Source: Mobula hypostoma
Lineage: Eukaryota
Direction of reading: 5' to 3'
Length of the DNA stretch: 64,000 bases
NCBI RefSeq assembly: GCF_963921235.1
Contig: NC_086097.1
Location: forward strand, 203,548,001-203,612,000
In this document: positions 63,740 through 64,000 of the stretch, in pieces
How the letters are laid out: every line of letters begins with the position of its first letter
Position numbering within the stretch: position 1 is the first letter of the stretch
Position numbers and translations under genes: made by a program
The notes under the pieces: generated by a model
The model's database searches: none
What the model was told of the DNA's origin: nothing
Seen by the model: only the letters and a program-made list of their open reading frames with translations

Positions 63740-64000
63740 GTGAAAGTCCCTGCTGCACCTGATGACCTTGTGATCTCTGTCTCAGAGGCCGATGTTAGAC
63801 TGTCTTTAAAGAGAGTGAACCCTCGCAAGGCAGAAGGTCCCAATGGAGTACCTGGTAAGGCTCTGAAAACCTGTGCCAACCAACTAGTGGGAGTATTCAA
63901 GGACATCTTCAACCTCTCACTGCTACGGGCAGAATTTCCCACTTGCTTCAAAAAGGCAACAATTATACCAATGCCTAAGAAGAATAGTGTGGGCTGTCTT
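63740..64000 (+). mobile_element. Rex1/Babar-like RT N-terminal fragment (runs off window)
   Basis: RVNPRKAEGPNGVPGKALKTCANQLVGVFKDIFNLSL..PTCFKKATIIPMPKK. Confidence 0.85.

Overview
Repeat-dominated vertebrate DNA, probably from a cartilaginous fish (shark or ray), inferred from its CR1 families, HE1/V-SINE-like SINEs and Penelope pseudo-LTRs. No host protein-coding exon could be supported. Most ORFs are decayed pieces of CR1, Rex1/Babar, RTE, Crack/L2-like and Penelope-like retroelements. The main finding is a decayed minus-strand endogenous foamy-like (spumaretrovirus-like) provirus at about 32490-46150. It has a candidate 5' LTR end and tRNA-Lys-type PBS (45824-45844), then pol remnants (RT thumb/connection, RNase H, integrase). 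Its env begins with a foamy-type leader peptide (42061-42384), and the SU continuation lies about 8.4 kb away (33662 downward), across a three-layer nest of CR1 insertions. The second finding is that the Penelope pseudo-LTRs carry minimal hammerhead ribozyme motifs, including short fold-back insertions with their own target-site duplications. All homology calls were made by eye from recalled family motifs; no database search was run, and element boundaries are approximate.
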